Virus record (IMG/VR): IMGVR_UViG_3300025132_000036
Location: 1-60,287 of that record
Length of the DNA stretch: 60,287 nt
Source of the DNA: a virus
Taxonomy: Duplodnaviria; Caudoviricetes
Strand: one strand, 5' to 3'
The position numbers were made by a program, and so were the translations under genes. The notes under the pieces were generated by a model that was given only the letters and a program-made list of their open reading frames with translations, had not been told where the DNA came from and made no database searches. How positions within the stretch are numbered: position 1 is the first letter of the stretch; every line of letters starts with the position of its first letter. Shown here in pieces: positions 10,091 through 20,400 of the stretch.

Positions 10091-12520
10091 ATGGCGAACA
10101 GGTACTGGATTGCTAACGGCGCTGAGACCAGCGCCTCTATTGCCGCAAACTGGGCCGATAACGAAGACGGTAGCGGTAGCAATACTGTACCCGTCAACGG
10201 CGATACCGTCCACTTCGGTAAGCAAACCACAGATACCGCAGGCTTCGGCAGGGCACCCTGCAATTGGAACCTTGCTATCTCGCTGACGGCAATGAACGTC
10301 CACGAACCTTACACGTACGAGACCACAATCACCGCCACCACTATTGCATTCACCGCACCTTCGACCATCACCATCACAGGCGAAGGGTTCGAGGGCTTCT
10401 TGCCGGGGATGCAGATTACAGTCAGCGGTGCGACCGAAGCAGCAAACAATCAGTCATTCGATATCAACACCGTGGATGACGGGCGTATCGTGGTCACACA
10501 GTCAAGCATCGTCACCGAGGCTGCGGGCGACACCGTGACCGTCACAAACAACCTGTACGTGAACGTGACCGCCAGTTTCACCACCGCGCTCCTGTCGCTC
10601 AACGGCACGCTCAAGAACGCCTCGGGCTCGTCAGTCACCATTTCGCTTGAGGGGAACTATGACTCCGACGCAAATCAACGCTACGTTCTCAATGGCGATA
10701 ACGCGCAATTGCTCAACGCAAACAACATCGTGTACGACATAGACGCTTCGGCCAACGGTGGCTCGGCCTTCACGTACCTTGACGACGGCCCACACGGCAT
10801 TCTCAAGTCCACGGTGTCCACCAATCGCATTTCACCCCAGTTCAAGGAGCCGACAAGCACGGTGCATGGTGCCTGCACCATCCAGTCCCTTGACTTTCAC
10901 GCAGGTAAGATTGTGCCCGATACGTCAGGCATCAGCCCTCGCAATGACTTCAGCCGTAAGTTTGTGGTGACCGACGCCACGGCGATTGATTACGATAGCG
11001 ACGAGTTCGACGCCGGCCTGTCCACATGGGAGTTCCGCGTGACCTCTGGTTCAGGGTGGGAGTTTCCAGTCACCGGCTCCTCAAACTTCGGGGCCGGGAA
11101 CTTTAACCCCAAGTGGTACGACGTTATCATCGGTACACCCACTACCGCCGGTTGGAAGACTACGCTGCCGGTGAACACTACCCTGTCCGTGAACTCAATC
11201 ACAGTCAACGCTGATGCAGTTCTCGAAGGCACGTCTGCTACGTATGCCCCACCCACCATTGTGACTAAGGCCCCGCCCAAGATAGCAGGCGCTTGGAACT
11301 TCGTGGGTGTTGGTCAAAACGTGTTCGTCAGCGACAGGGACCTTGCGTTCTCTGTGACTCCGGCCCATGGCGAAGCAGCAAGTGTACAGGTAGCCAAGGG
11401 CAACGGTCACTTCGACAGTCGCACCCTGACCGCCGGTAGCAACATGACCATCACAGACAACGGTACGACCATCACCTTTGCATCCTCCGGTGGCGGCGGT
11501 GGTGGAACTGTTGATGTGGTGTCTAACGTAGCCACAAACACCATCCTTGGGCGCAACGATGCGGGTAGTGGGGATAGCGAAGAACTCACGCCTGCCGAAG
11601 TTCGCACCATGCTCAATGTCGAAGATGGTGCAGATGTGACGGATGCAACCAATGTGACCGCCGCAGGTGCGCTGATGGACTCCGAGGTGACGAACCTCGC
11701 ACAAGTCAAGGCATTCAATTCAGCCGACTACGCTACGGCGGCTCAGGGAGCCAAGGCAGACTCGGCCCTGCAAGCGGAAGCCGATACCCTCGATACCGTG
11801 GCCAATCGTGGAGCAACCACAGGAGCGGCGTTGACCGCAGCCGGATTCATCATGCCGGGTGGGACAAGCGCACAGAAACTCACGGCGGACGGAGGGTTTG
11901 ATGCGACCGTCTATATCCCCACCGGACAGTACGAAGCAGGCACAACACCTATCTCGGCTAAGGGCTTCATTGATACAGGCACAGACACGTCGTGGATTGC
12001 TCAGTCGTCCGGTTCTCGCGCCATCCCCGCAGCAAACGGCACAGGGTCAAGCCAAGTCTTCAGCCAATCAACCACGACTGTTGTGACGGCTTGGAACCAA
12101 GACCTTGTGACTGAGCAGGGCCTCACGTATTCGAGCGGCATTTGGGAGATTGTGACGACAGGCGTGTATGAGATTTATGGGAAGTTTGGTTTCCTTGACG
12201 GTGACGCATCAGGCAGCAACACGTTGGGCAACCCATCGTCGTCCTCGTTCATTCAGTCCATTGCGCACATCGTCTATACCTCAGACGGCTCCACACCGGG
12301 AGCAAGCGACATTTTGGTGCGTGGCCCTATCCTCTTGTTCACCAACGGCACAGGCTTGTCTGCTAAGGGGCCTGATGTGCGAACCGTGCGGCGATTCGAC
12401 GCAGGCGACAAGGTTGGCTTTGCCGTGTTCAACAGGCTTCAGTCCAACCAATCAACGTCGAAGAAGTACAGGCTTCGTTCCGGGTACTATAACGAATGCT
12501 CAATCAGGAGGATTGGATGA
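10091..12520 (+). CDS. Virion fibre/spike protein with C1q-like C-terminus
   Basis: Thr/Gly/Ser-rich, poly-Gly hinge, fibre-type repeats, 'GIWEIVTTGVYEIYGKF'. Confidence 0.65.
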   Translation: MANRYWIANGAETSASIAANWADNEDGSGSNTVPVNGDTVHFGKQTTDTAGFGRAPCNWNLAISLTAMNVHEPYTYETTITATTIAFTAPSTITITGEGFEGFLPGMQITVSGATEAANNQSFDINTVDDGRIVVTQSSIVTEAAGDTVTVTNNLYVNVTASFTTALLSLNGTLKNASGSSVTISLEGNYDSDANQRYVLNGDNAQLLNANNIVYDIDASANGGSAFTYLDDGPHGILKSTVSTNRISPQFKEPTSTVHGACTIQSLDFHAGKIVPDTSGISPRNDFSRKFVVTDATAIDYDSDEFDAGLSTWEFRVTSGSGWEFPVTGSSNFGAGNFNPKWYDVIIGTPTTAGWKTTLPVNTTLSVNSITVNADAVLEGTSATYAPPTIVTKAPPKIAGAWNFVGVGQNVFVSDRDLAFSVTPAHGEAASVQVAKGNGHFDSRTLTAGSNMTITDNGTTITFASSGGGGGGTVDVVSNVATNTILGRNDAGSGDSEELTPAEVRTMLNVEDGADVTDATNVTAAGALMDSEVTNLAQVKAFNSADYATAAQGAKADSALQAEADTLDTVANRGATTGAALTAAGFIMPGGTSAQKLTADGGFDATVYIPTGQYEAGTTPISAKGFIDTGTDTSWIAQSSGSRAIPAANGTGSSQVFSQSTTTVVTAWNQDLVTEQGLTYSSGIWEIVTTGVYEIYGKFGFLDGDASGSNTLGNPSSSSFIQSIAHIVYTSDGSTPGASDILVRGPILLFTNGTGLSAKGPDVRTVRRFDAGDKVGFAVFNRLQSNQSTSKKYRLRSGYYNECSIRRIG

Positions 12521-12699
12521 TGGCTGACTGTGCTTCCGTGCTGCATTCCCGCTACCCCGCGTTGCTCGATGCCGAAATGTCGCCGTTCTTTGATGACGGA
12601 GATGGCGTCATCTATTACGCCCCTGCCCATTGGCCTCTCGACGTTGCCGCTCCCACGGTGGAGCAGGTCAACGCTTGGATTCTTGAGGACGGTGATTGA
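12517..12699 (+). CDS. Small acidic protein (possible fibre chaperone)
   Basis: Coupled to the fibre gene stop. Confidence 0.55.
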   Translation: MMADCASVLHSRYPALLDAEMSPFFDDGDGVIYYAPAHWPLDVAAPTVEQVNAWILEDGD

Positions 12700-12810
12700 T
12701 TGCGCGACCCTTGGCTTGACCTGTACGTGACTGAAGTCTTGAACATGCAGCAGCACCGAAACGGCATTCAAATCAGGCTCAGGGATTTTTTCAAGGGGTG
12801 GTTCAAGTGA
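12700..12810 (+). CDS. 36-aa hypothetical peptide
   Basis: TTG start after GGTGA; MRDPWLDLYVTEVL...; fills an operon gap. Confidence 0.45.
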   Translation: MRDPWLDLYVTEVLNMQQHRNGIQIRLRDFFKGWFK

Positions 12811-12971
12811 GGTTCGGCAAGGTAGTGTATCAGCCGCCCGAGAGGGCCTACGTCAATGTGAACATTGAAGAAACACCACATGGCTATGCGATTTACCGGG
12901 TAGGTGAAGACCGACCGTTCACGTTCATTCCGGCATCAAGCGTTCGCAGTATCGAGTACAAGGAGGACTAA
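12807..12971 (+). CDS. 54-aa hypothetical protein
   Basis: GTGA overlap; MRFGKVVYQPPERAY...IEYKED; fills an operon gap. Confidence 0.55.
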   Translation: MRFGKVVYQPPERAYVNVNIEETPHGYAIYRVGEDRPFTFIPASSVRSIEYKED

Positions 12972-12973
12972 AC

Positions 12974-13156
12974 ATGCAATACGAACTCATCCCCATTTAC
13001 CTACTCGCTGCCGCCTTCGTTGCTGAAAAGGCTCTCGTCCTGTACCGTCGCGTCATGGCCGATGGAAAGGTGACCTTGGATGAGGTCATGGAAATCGTTG
13101 ATGAAGCAGAAGCAACCGTCGAGGCCGTCAAGGAGATGGTCGAAGATGGAGAATGA
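12974..13156 (+). CDS. Small membrane protein (possible lysis/holin-like)
   Basis: N-terminal TM, 'DGKVTLDEV' acidic tail, GGAGG RBS. Confidence 0.6.
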   Translation: MQYELIPIYLLAAAFVAEKALVLYRRVMADGKVTLDEVMEIVDEAEATVEAVKEMVEDGE

Positions 13157-13397
13157 TGTGGACCCTGTTCTCGTCCACCGCGTCGAAACGCTTGAGCGTC
13201 GAGCGGACCGACACGGTGAGATGCTCGATAACCTGACGAACGCCGTAGGGCAAATCAACGTCAAGCACGAGCGTCTTCAAACCACCCTCAACGATGTGCA
13301 GCGCATCATGCGCGAAAATCAATCAACGCTCATCAAGTGGTTGGTCGGTATTGTGAGCGCGTCATTCACCGGAACGCTGATTGTCGGGGGTGTCTGA
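13146..13397 (+). CDS. Coiled-coil protein with C-terminal TM (XhlA/holin-like architecture)
   Basis: Heptad region followed by 'LIKWLVGIVSASFTGTLIVGGV'. Confidence 0.6.
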   Translation: MENDVDPVLVHRVETLERRADRHGEMLDNLTNAVGQINVKHERLQTTLNDVQRIMRENQSTLIKWLVGIVSASFTGTLIVGGV

Positions 13398-13739
13398 ATG
13401 GCGTACTGCACCGCTTCTGATGTTGCTATCCGCCTCGGTCTCGACACAGGCCAACAGGACAGGGCTGCGTCCCGCCTGACTTCCGTTATCGCAAGGGCCG
13501 ACGTGTTCATTGATGAATGCTTCCGTGAGTACGGTCGGGCCAAACCATCTGCCTCTATTGGCGGTGGCTCATATAACACCACCCTGCGGGAAATCGCTGC
13601 CGACTTGGCGGCTTCGATTTACCTTGAGGACGAGTCGGTCTTCCACCAGTCTGGCTCTGACCCAGTTCGGAGCAACGTCCTTCGCGCCCGCGTTCACCAA
13701 GAACTGACCCGCATCGCACACGCAGGTCTGCCGGCGTGA
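13398..13739 (+). CDS. Head-tail connector-like protein
   Basis: 'MAYCTASDV' N-terminus typical of adaptor proteins. Confidence 0.65.
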   Translation: MAYCTASDVAIRLGLDTGQQDRAASRLTSVIARADVFIDECFREYGRAKPSASIGGGSYNTTLREIAADLAASIYLEDESVFHQSGSDPVRSNVLRARVHQELTRIAHAGLPA

Positions 13740-13748
13740 GGTGTTCAG

Positions 13749-14309
13749 ATGGTTGATGCGTACTCCACAAAAACCGGAATGTCCTTCGGTGTTAAGTGGG
13801 ACTGGCGAGAAGCCGACCGGGCTATCGCAACCATGGACGCTACCGCGTCCGAGGTTATGGCTGAGGCCATCAAGGACGCCATGATGGAGGAGATGAGCAA
13901 CACGCAGCGGTACATCAAAGACTCCGTGCCTGTACGTCAACGCTACATGGGGTTCAAGACCGCGAACTCGTTGATTGTGGAAGAAGGTAAGACTACCGAA
14001 GGTATGGCTGAGGTCCGCTTTGGTTCTGACCCGATTGACTCCGGCGGTGTTGAGGGTTCTCGTGGCGGCAAGATTGCGGCGATGTTGCAGGGCGGAGTAG
14101 CGCCGTTTGCCTACCCGTTCACATTCAAGACGATTAAGAACAGTCCGGGTTGGGGCACAATTGGCGGCGGCTTCATCAACGCTAAGACCGGAGACAACAT
14201 GGTTCACCCCGGCTTTGCGAGCATTGGGTGGCTTGACTTTGCTGCTGACGCGGTGCAACAGAACTTGCTTGAGACCCTCGAGATGCGACTTCAGGAGGCG
14301 TGGGGATGA
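13749..14309 (+). CDS. Putative tail completion/neck protein (HK97 gp10-like)
   Basis: Position; 'SVPV' and 'HPG' motifs. Confidence 0.55.
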   Translation: MVDAYSTKTGMSFGVKWDWREADRAIATMDATASEVMAEAIKDAMMEEMSNTQRYIKDSVPVRQRYMGFKTANSLIVEEGKTTEGMAEVRFGSDPIDSGGVEGSRGGKIAAMLQGGVAPFAYPFTFKTIKNSPGWGTIGGGFINAKTGDNMVHPGFASIGWLDFAADAVQQNLLETLEMRLQEAWG

Positions 14310-15370
14310 CGATTTCAACCATCAACCAGTACTGGACCAGTCGAATGAACGGCGAGGACCCTACCGCTATCACGGGCCAAAGCAACACACCGTTCGTGGC
14401 TTCGGGTGCCGGCGGCTCTATCGTCGGTGGTGAGTACGTTATCACCAACCAAACCTTCAGCATTTCACCAAGCATCACAGACGCAACCATTGTGGCCTGT
14501 TTCGCCTACACGGCTGCGCCGGACAACGGCGAAGTGCTCATGGCTTTGGACACCGGTACTCACCGCGTCGAGGTTCAAGCAACCGGCGATTCACAGACGC
14601 TCAAGATTGTGGGCACAAGCACCGTCACTACACGCAACCTTGACCTTGCGAAAGCAGATACGTTCGACCCCGTGCCGCTCATCGCTCGTTTGACGCTTGA
14701 CTCCTCCGGCAAGGCTCGCCTGTATCTGCGTGAGCAGGTGACCGACGGACTGGGCGCAAACTCGTACTATGAGGTCACAGGCTCTTCGAGTACATCTGAG
14801 TCCATCAAGTGGGGCAACACCACCGGTACGGTCAAGTGGGCTAACGTGTTCGTGTCCACGTTCGGTGCGTTCAGCCCGGACGAGATGGCCACGTCCCCAT
14901 TCGTGACCGACACGTTGATTCGCATGGGCCTCGGTATCGTGCAGACGCTCAAGGACTCCAAGCGGTTCTATCTGAAGAACTTCGTCAGCGACTCGTCCAT
15001 CGTGTACGGGTACGACATTTCGTCACAGATGATTTCCCGCATCCCACCGCCCTCCATCCACGTCCTCTTGACCAAGACGGACTCGCCCACATTCACCGCC
15101 CTTGGGGGTACTAAGGTGGACCAGATGTTCACCGTGACCATGTTCATCACCACGCGCGGTACGGACTACGAGGAGGCGTACAGGACCGGTGCGTCTATCC
15201 TCGGTGACTCATTCGATGAACTGTACACCACAACCGGACTGAAGGGCAACACCGACAGTCTCATTGACTTCACGGTGAACTTCGACACGAAGCGCGACGA
15301 CGACGAGGTGGTGTGTGTCCACAGGCTCGAGATGACCTACATGCGCCGCACCAATATGCACCACCGTTAA
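14306..15370 (+). CDS. Tail terminator-like protein with extra N-terminal beta domain
   Basis: C-terminal about 150 aa 'PPSIHV...FTVTMFI' terminator-like; precedes tail tube. Confidence 0.5.
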   Translation: MTISTINQYWTSRMNGEDPTAITGQSNTPFVASGAGGSIVGGEYVITNQTFSISPSITDATIVACFAYTAAPDNGEVLMALDTGTHRVEVQATGDSQTLKIVGTSTVTTRNLDLAKADTFDPVPLIARLTLDSSGKARLYLREQVTDGLGANSYYEVTGSSSTSESIKWGNTTGTVKWANVFVSTFGAFSPDEMATSPFVTDTLIRMGLGIVQTLKDSKRFYLKNFVSDSSIVYGYDISSQMISRIPPPSIHVLLTKTDSPTFTALGGTKVDQMFTVTMFITTRGTDYEEAYRTGASILGDSFDELYTTTGLKGNTDSLIDFTVNFDTKRDDDEVVCVHRLEMTYMRRTNMHHR

Positions 15371-15412
15371 GTGAATGTTCAAATAACGGCTCATAGGTAG
15401 CAACCACTAAGG

Positions 15413-16453
15413 GTGACCTCCATGCCTTCGTACTACGCATACCGCTACGTTTCGCTTCAGAACGAAAAGGCAACGTACGGCACCGCGTCCGGCACCGAGT
15501 ATTTCGGTGAAGTGGATGACGAGTCGTTCAGCAACACCTTCGACCTCCTGACCCGCTCCGACATGAGCCGCATGGGTTCTCACGATTCCGTCGCCGGCAC
15601 GATTCGAGGCGAGGGTGGCCTGAACCTCGTTCTTCAGAACGACCACTTTTGCGCCATGCTCATTGGTGCTGCGTATAACTCCTACACGCACGACTCGAGC
15701 GGCAACAAGCACACCTTTACCGAGTCCGTCACGGCCGGCAAGCACCTGCCCTCGTACCGCATCACGGTTGGTCGTGAGGACGAGCAGCACAACTACCCCG
15801 GCATGTGCCTGAGCCGCCTGTCCCTGTCCGCCAACGTCGGTGAGTACGTGATGCTCAGCGCCGACTTCGTGGGCAAGGGTGAAACGGCAGAAAGCACCCT
15901 CAACCATGCTCCATCCTTCGAGGGTGCAAGCACCACCGGTTTCCACTTCGCTGAGGCCGACGTGTTCTTCAACATCACCGGTTCTGACCCAAGCAACGCG
16001 GGTGCAAACGTCAAGTCCTTCTCCGTTGAGTTCAACCTCAACTTGGACACCGATAACTCCATGGCTCTCGGCTCCCAAGAGTACGTGGTTCAGCCCATGC
16101 CGCAGATGCGTGAGATTACCGGAACCATTGAGTTCGCCCTGCCCAAGACTGGTGCGGTTGGTGCAAACAACGAGCCGACGTACTCTTCGGTGAACACCGA
16201 CACCGACGCCGCCGTCATCTATGAAGGTACGAACTACGCCATCAAACTCGCCTTGGCTTCCGGCAGCGACACCCTCGACCTGTTCCTGTACAGGGTCGTG
16301 TGGGATGCACCGGTGATGAACGTCAGCGGCCGTGACTCCTCCACCATGAGCGTCGGATTCACCGCCCTCACCGACTCGACCACCAACGTCATGTCGAAGG
16401 TTGATATGGTGATGGCCGACGTGACTGACGCTGACTTGGACCTCTTCGACTGA
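15413..16453 (+). CDS. Major tail tube protein
   Basis: 'EKATYGT' start, 'YPGMCLSRLSLS', 'REITGTIEF' siphovirus tube signatures. Confidence 0.8.
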   Translation: MTSMPSYYAYRYVSLQNEKATYGTASGTEYFGEVDDESFSNTFDLLTRSDMSRMGSHDSVAGTIRGEGGLNLVLQNDHFCAMLIGAAYNSYTHDSSGNKHTFTESVTAGKHLPSYRITVGREDEQHNYPGMCLSRLSLSANVGEYVMLSADFVGKGETAESTLNHAPSFEGASTTGFHFAEADVFFNITGSDPSNAGANVKSFSVEFNLNLDTDNSMALGSQEYVVQPMPQMREITGTIEFALPKTGAVGANNEPTYSSVNTDTDAAVIYEGTNYAIKLALASGSDTLDLFLYRVVWDAPVMNVSGRDSSTMSVGFTALTDSTTNVMSKVDMVMADVTDADLDLFD

Positions 16454-16464
16454 GGTGATTAGGA

Positions 16465-16647
16465 ATGCCGGTCAACCCCTCCAACCTCGGAACGGCTCGC
16501 GTCGTTACCACCATGGACGACATGCACACCGACGTGAACACCGCGCTCGCCGGCATCTCGCAACTGTTGGAGATTTGGTCATGCACCCCCGTCCGCCAAA
16601 AGGACGGCAATGGCGTGACTGTGCTGATTGTGTACGAAACCCAGTAA
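16465..16647 (+). CDS. Hypothetical 60-aa protein
   Basis: GAGGTGA RBS; in tail operon. Confidence 0.6.
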   Translation: MPVNPSNLGTARVVTTMDDMHTDVNTALAGISQLLEIWSCTPVRQKDGNGVTVLIVYETQ

Positions 16648-16657
16648 GGTGATTGAA

Positions 16658-16882
16658 ATGCGACGAACCCCTCCTGTCCGTGGCTCCGCTCTGAAAGCCC
16701 TCCGTGGCGTCAAGCCCGGTCGCCCTACCCCCTCCCCTGAACCGGAACCTGTTGAGGAACCGGTCATCGAGCCTGTGCCTGTTGAGGCACCGGTCGAAGT
16801 AAAGCCCAAGCCAAAGACGCGCAAGCGTAAGCCAAAGACAAAGAAGAGTGAGACCAATGCCGGTGATGAAGAAACAGTTTGA
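16658..16882 (+). CDS. Pro/Glu/Lys-rich low-complexity protein
   Basis: AGGTGA RBS; PEPEPVEEP...KPKTRKRK. Confidence 0.55.
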   Translation: MRRTPPVRGSALKALRGVKPGRPTPSPEPEPVEEPVIEPVPVEAPVEVKPKPKTRKRKPKTKKSETNAGDEETV

Positions 16883-17201
16883 ACTGAACGGAAAAGAAGT
16901 GTGGGTGCGCCAAGCCTCGGGCATGGAGCGCCTTCAATTTGAGACCTTGCTTGCGAAGACGTTTCGCAAGTTCCGGCACTTCGGCGCTGACCAAGATGCG
17001 TGGACCGAAGACCAACAGGAAGAGTTCCTCGTGGCTCTCGAAGAAGCCGGCGGTGGGTTGGATGACCAAATCCGCCACCTCGTCCCCCCTTGCCTGCCCG
17101 ATGAACTGGATATCAACGACTTGGACGCTACCGAACTCATGTTGGTGTACAACTTCGTGAAGGGCGGCGACGAGGACGGCTCCGTCCCTTTGGCCTCCTG
17201 A
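16857..17201 (+). CDS. Tail assembly chaperone (G-like)
   Basis: Acidic, about 115 aa, between tube and tape measure; ends at a slippery site. Confidence 0.75.
   Translation: MPVMKKQFELNGKEVWVRQASGMERLQFETLLAKTFRKFRHFGADQDAWTEDQQEEFLVALEEAGGGLDDQIRHLVPPCLPDELDINDLDATELMLVYNFVKGGDEDGSVPLAS
17186..17192 (+). other. Predicted -1 ribosomal frameshift heptamer C CCT TTG
   Basis: X XXY YYZ pattern in the correct phase; the -1 frame is open to 17467. Confidence 0.7.
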
Positions 17202-17467
17202 GCAAAGTCGCACCCGCCCTGTGTTCATCGTTCAAAGGACAATTGCCGAGCGACCTGATTTTCAAGTACACGGAAGAGGGGGGCTTGCGACGACTGGAGT
17301 ACGACTTGGCCGTGCTGAACGAGATTCAGCAGCAGATTACTGAGGCCCGGTCGAGCGACCAAAAGGACAACGCCGCTGCGGCCAACGCTCGCAAAGAGCA
17401 GCGCCGCAAGGCATCCGACTCGGAAGTCCTCGGTATGTTGAAGGCTCACGGCGCATCTCTTAGATAA
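17186..17467 (+). CDS. Tail assembly chaperone extension (T-like), reached by frameshift
   Basis: -1 frame relative to the upstream ORF, no ATG start of its own near the 5' end. Confidence 0.65.
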   Translation, partial: PFGLLSKVAPALCSSFKGQLPSDLIFKYTEEGGLRRLEYDLAVLNEIQQQITEARSSDQKDNAAAANARKEQRRKASDSEVLGMLKAHGASLR

Positions 17468-17483
17468 CACAGGGGGGGAGACC

Positions 17484-20400
17484 ATGGCGCGAGTAGGTGC
17501 ATCACAAGTCTTCTTCAACGTGGTGGCCCAATGGAACACCGAGAAACTGATTTCAGATACGCGCACCGCATCCAACGTGATGCAGGCCGTTCTCGTGGAC
17601 TCGTTCGAGGCCGTGCTGAAGCCGATTGACGACATGAACCTGCTCCTCGACCAAGCGTTCGAGGCCATGCGTGCTATCACGGAAGCGACACAACTCGCGG
17701 CCGTTGAGTTCGACAAGTTCTATGGTGACGTGCCGAAGGGCAGTAATGAGATTGAGCACTTGACTGACCGACTCACCACCCTTGGTGAAAAGTACGCCGT
17801 GATGGGTGACGAGGCAATTTTGGCCGGTGCCCGTGCCGCTCAGGTGGGTACGCTGATTGGTCGGCAGAACGTGGATATCTTGGTGGACCAAGCGAACGTC
17901 CTCTCGCAGATTTCGGACTTCGACGCGCCGGCTGCGATGAAGTCATTGATTGCTCTTCAGCAACAGACCAACGCCCTGTACGGCGACATGACTCGTGATG
18001 ACTTCAACGCGCTGACTTTCAGCGAGCAGCGCATGATGCTTGAGGAGAACCTCATGGCCATGAACAACACGCTGAACACCGTGGCGAACAACTCGGTGGC
18101 GCTCGAGTCAGACTTGGTGGAGTCTATGCGGAACTTCGCCGCTCAAGGTCACCTCGTTGGTGACTCGTTCGCTGAGATGGCGGCTATGTCCGCCGTGTTG
18201 CTTGAGGCCGGTGAAGAACAGGGTGCGTCCGGCCGTGCGCTGCGTATGATGTACGCTCGCCTTGGTGGTGATATCAGCGGTGCCCGTACCAAGATGGAAC
18301 AGATGAACGTCGCCATCTTGGACGAGAACGGCAACATGAAGTCCATGACCGAGATTATGACCGCCCTCCACGAACAGGGCTTCTCGGAACTGAGTGCCGC
18401 TCGCAAACAGGAGATTGCTCAGATTGTGGCCGGCAACCGCCACTACGTGCGGTTCCTGAAACTGATGGAGAACCACGGCCGATTCACCGAACTTGCAGCC
18501 CTTGGTGAAGAAGGACTGGCCGTCGCCACAGAACAGGCGGAAACGGCTATGGAAAACTTGGCCAATCAACTGTTGAAGGTCGAGGCCGAAAGCGAAAACG
18601 CTCGTGCTGCCCTTGGCGAGCGTATGCTCCCGACGATGATTGGGATGGAAGAAGCGACCCGCGACACGCTGCTTGCTCTCGACGGCATGGCTTCAGCATT
18701 CGGCAGCATGTTCGGTGAAGAGGGTGGAGAAAAGGTGGCGAAGGGCCTTGGTCGGATGGTTGGTGGGTTCCGTCAGATGCAGGGCTTCGTCAAGTTCGGG
18801 CTGACGATTCGCAGCCTGAGCATTGCGAGTGAGATGTACCAGTCCGTGCAGCGCAGCCTTCAGGATATCCTCGTTGCGAACGAGAACCTGCACTCGAAGA
18901 CGGCGACGTACCTACGCTTCGGTGAGAAGGCCAACACAGCACAACAGACCTTGACCAAGCGCATTCGCTTCCAGCATCAGGAAATCGCAAAGATTCTCGA
19001 ACATAAGCGCACGATTCAAACACAACTCAAGGTTGCTGAGCAGGCCCGTACGCCGATTCTCGACGCACAGAAAAGGGTCATCGAAGCAACGGAGATGGTG
19101 GAGCAAAAGAGCATCGAACATTCTGTTGCTCAGCAGCGTATGAAAGCGCAGTACCTCACCATCCTGAAGCGTGTAAATAGCGAGGTCATGCTTGAGGCCG
19201 AAGGCATGTCCAACCTCGGCAACGCAATGCAAGAGATTTACGGCACCGGTAAAGCAACCGTCAAGCGTGATGCCCTGCTGCGCCAAACTCAAGTGGACAT
19301 TGAGATGACCAAGCGCCTGACTCAATCGCAGAAAGAGGCCATGGTCGTGCAACACGAGCGAGGTCGTACGCAGCACATTGTGATGCAGCGACTCAAGTCG
19401 TTTAACGAACTCACCCGTGCTTTCACGTTTGAGCAAATGGACTCAAACCAGAAAACGAGGACCAACGCTCGCTTGCTCAAGATGAGCAAACAAGAAGTGG
19501 ATGCGCTGTCCGCCGGAATGACTCAATTCGCTAAGCGTCAGGAATTGACCAAGACAGGGTTCATAGACACAAACAACCTGATGAACATTTACGCTAAGGT
19601 ACTGCGGACAAACAAGGTCGAGGGACTCGAACTCGAACAGTCTCTCATCAAGCAAGCAAAGGCTTTCGGTATGACCGACGCTTCTGCTCGAAACTACGTT
19701 CAGGGCATGGACCTAACGGCGAGGATTACAGGTTTCACACAACAGGAGTTCGAGGGACTGATGAGGGCCATGAGGGACCTACTCGGTGAGCACATGCACT
19801 TCGACCAAATCCTCAAGACGATGGCTCATGGTGGTACTTTCCATTCGGTTGCTCAAGCGTTGCACACGGTCACCCAAGAACTGAACGATGCCGAGAACGA
19901 AACCTTTGACGCCACGGTCGCCATGATGGACCTTGAGAAAGCCCTGACTGACGCCGGTTTCGGTGCAAGCGAGTACGCACGACTTCTGAGAGAACTCCAA
20001 CAGTCTGAGTTGAAAGATGCGGAAGCCCGGAAGGAACTCGATAGGCTGACCAAGATGATGACCATGGACCAAGAACTGCTGAACGCAGCCATGGAGGAGT
20101 ACGACATTCAAATGCAAGAGGTTCAGCAAAGGCAAATGAACCTGTCCGCCAACGTCAACCGACAGATGGGTGCCGTGACGTTTGGTCTGAGCAACATGTT
20201 GGGTACCGCCCTGTTCGCTATGGGTAAGTCAGAAGCAGCCATGGGTTCTATCATCATGTTTGCCGGTTCAATGATTCCCGCTATCAAGCAGACAAGCAAG
20301 GCGTTGGGTCTGATGATTACGGACTTCGGACAAATGGAAAAGGCAGCGCGACGAGCGACGATGGCCTCGGCTGGTTTGAACGCCGTGCTTATGCTCGGTG

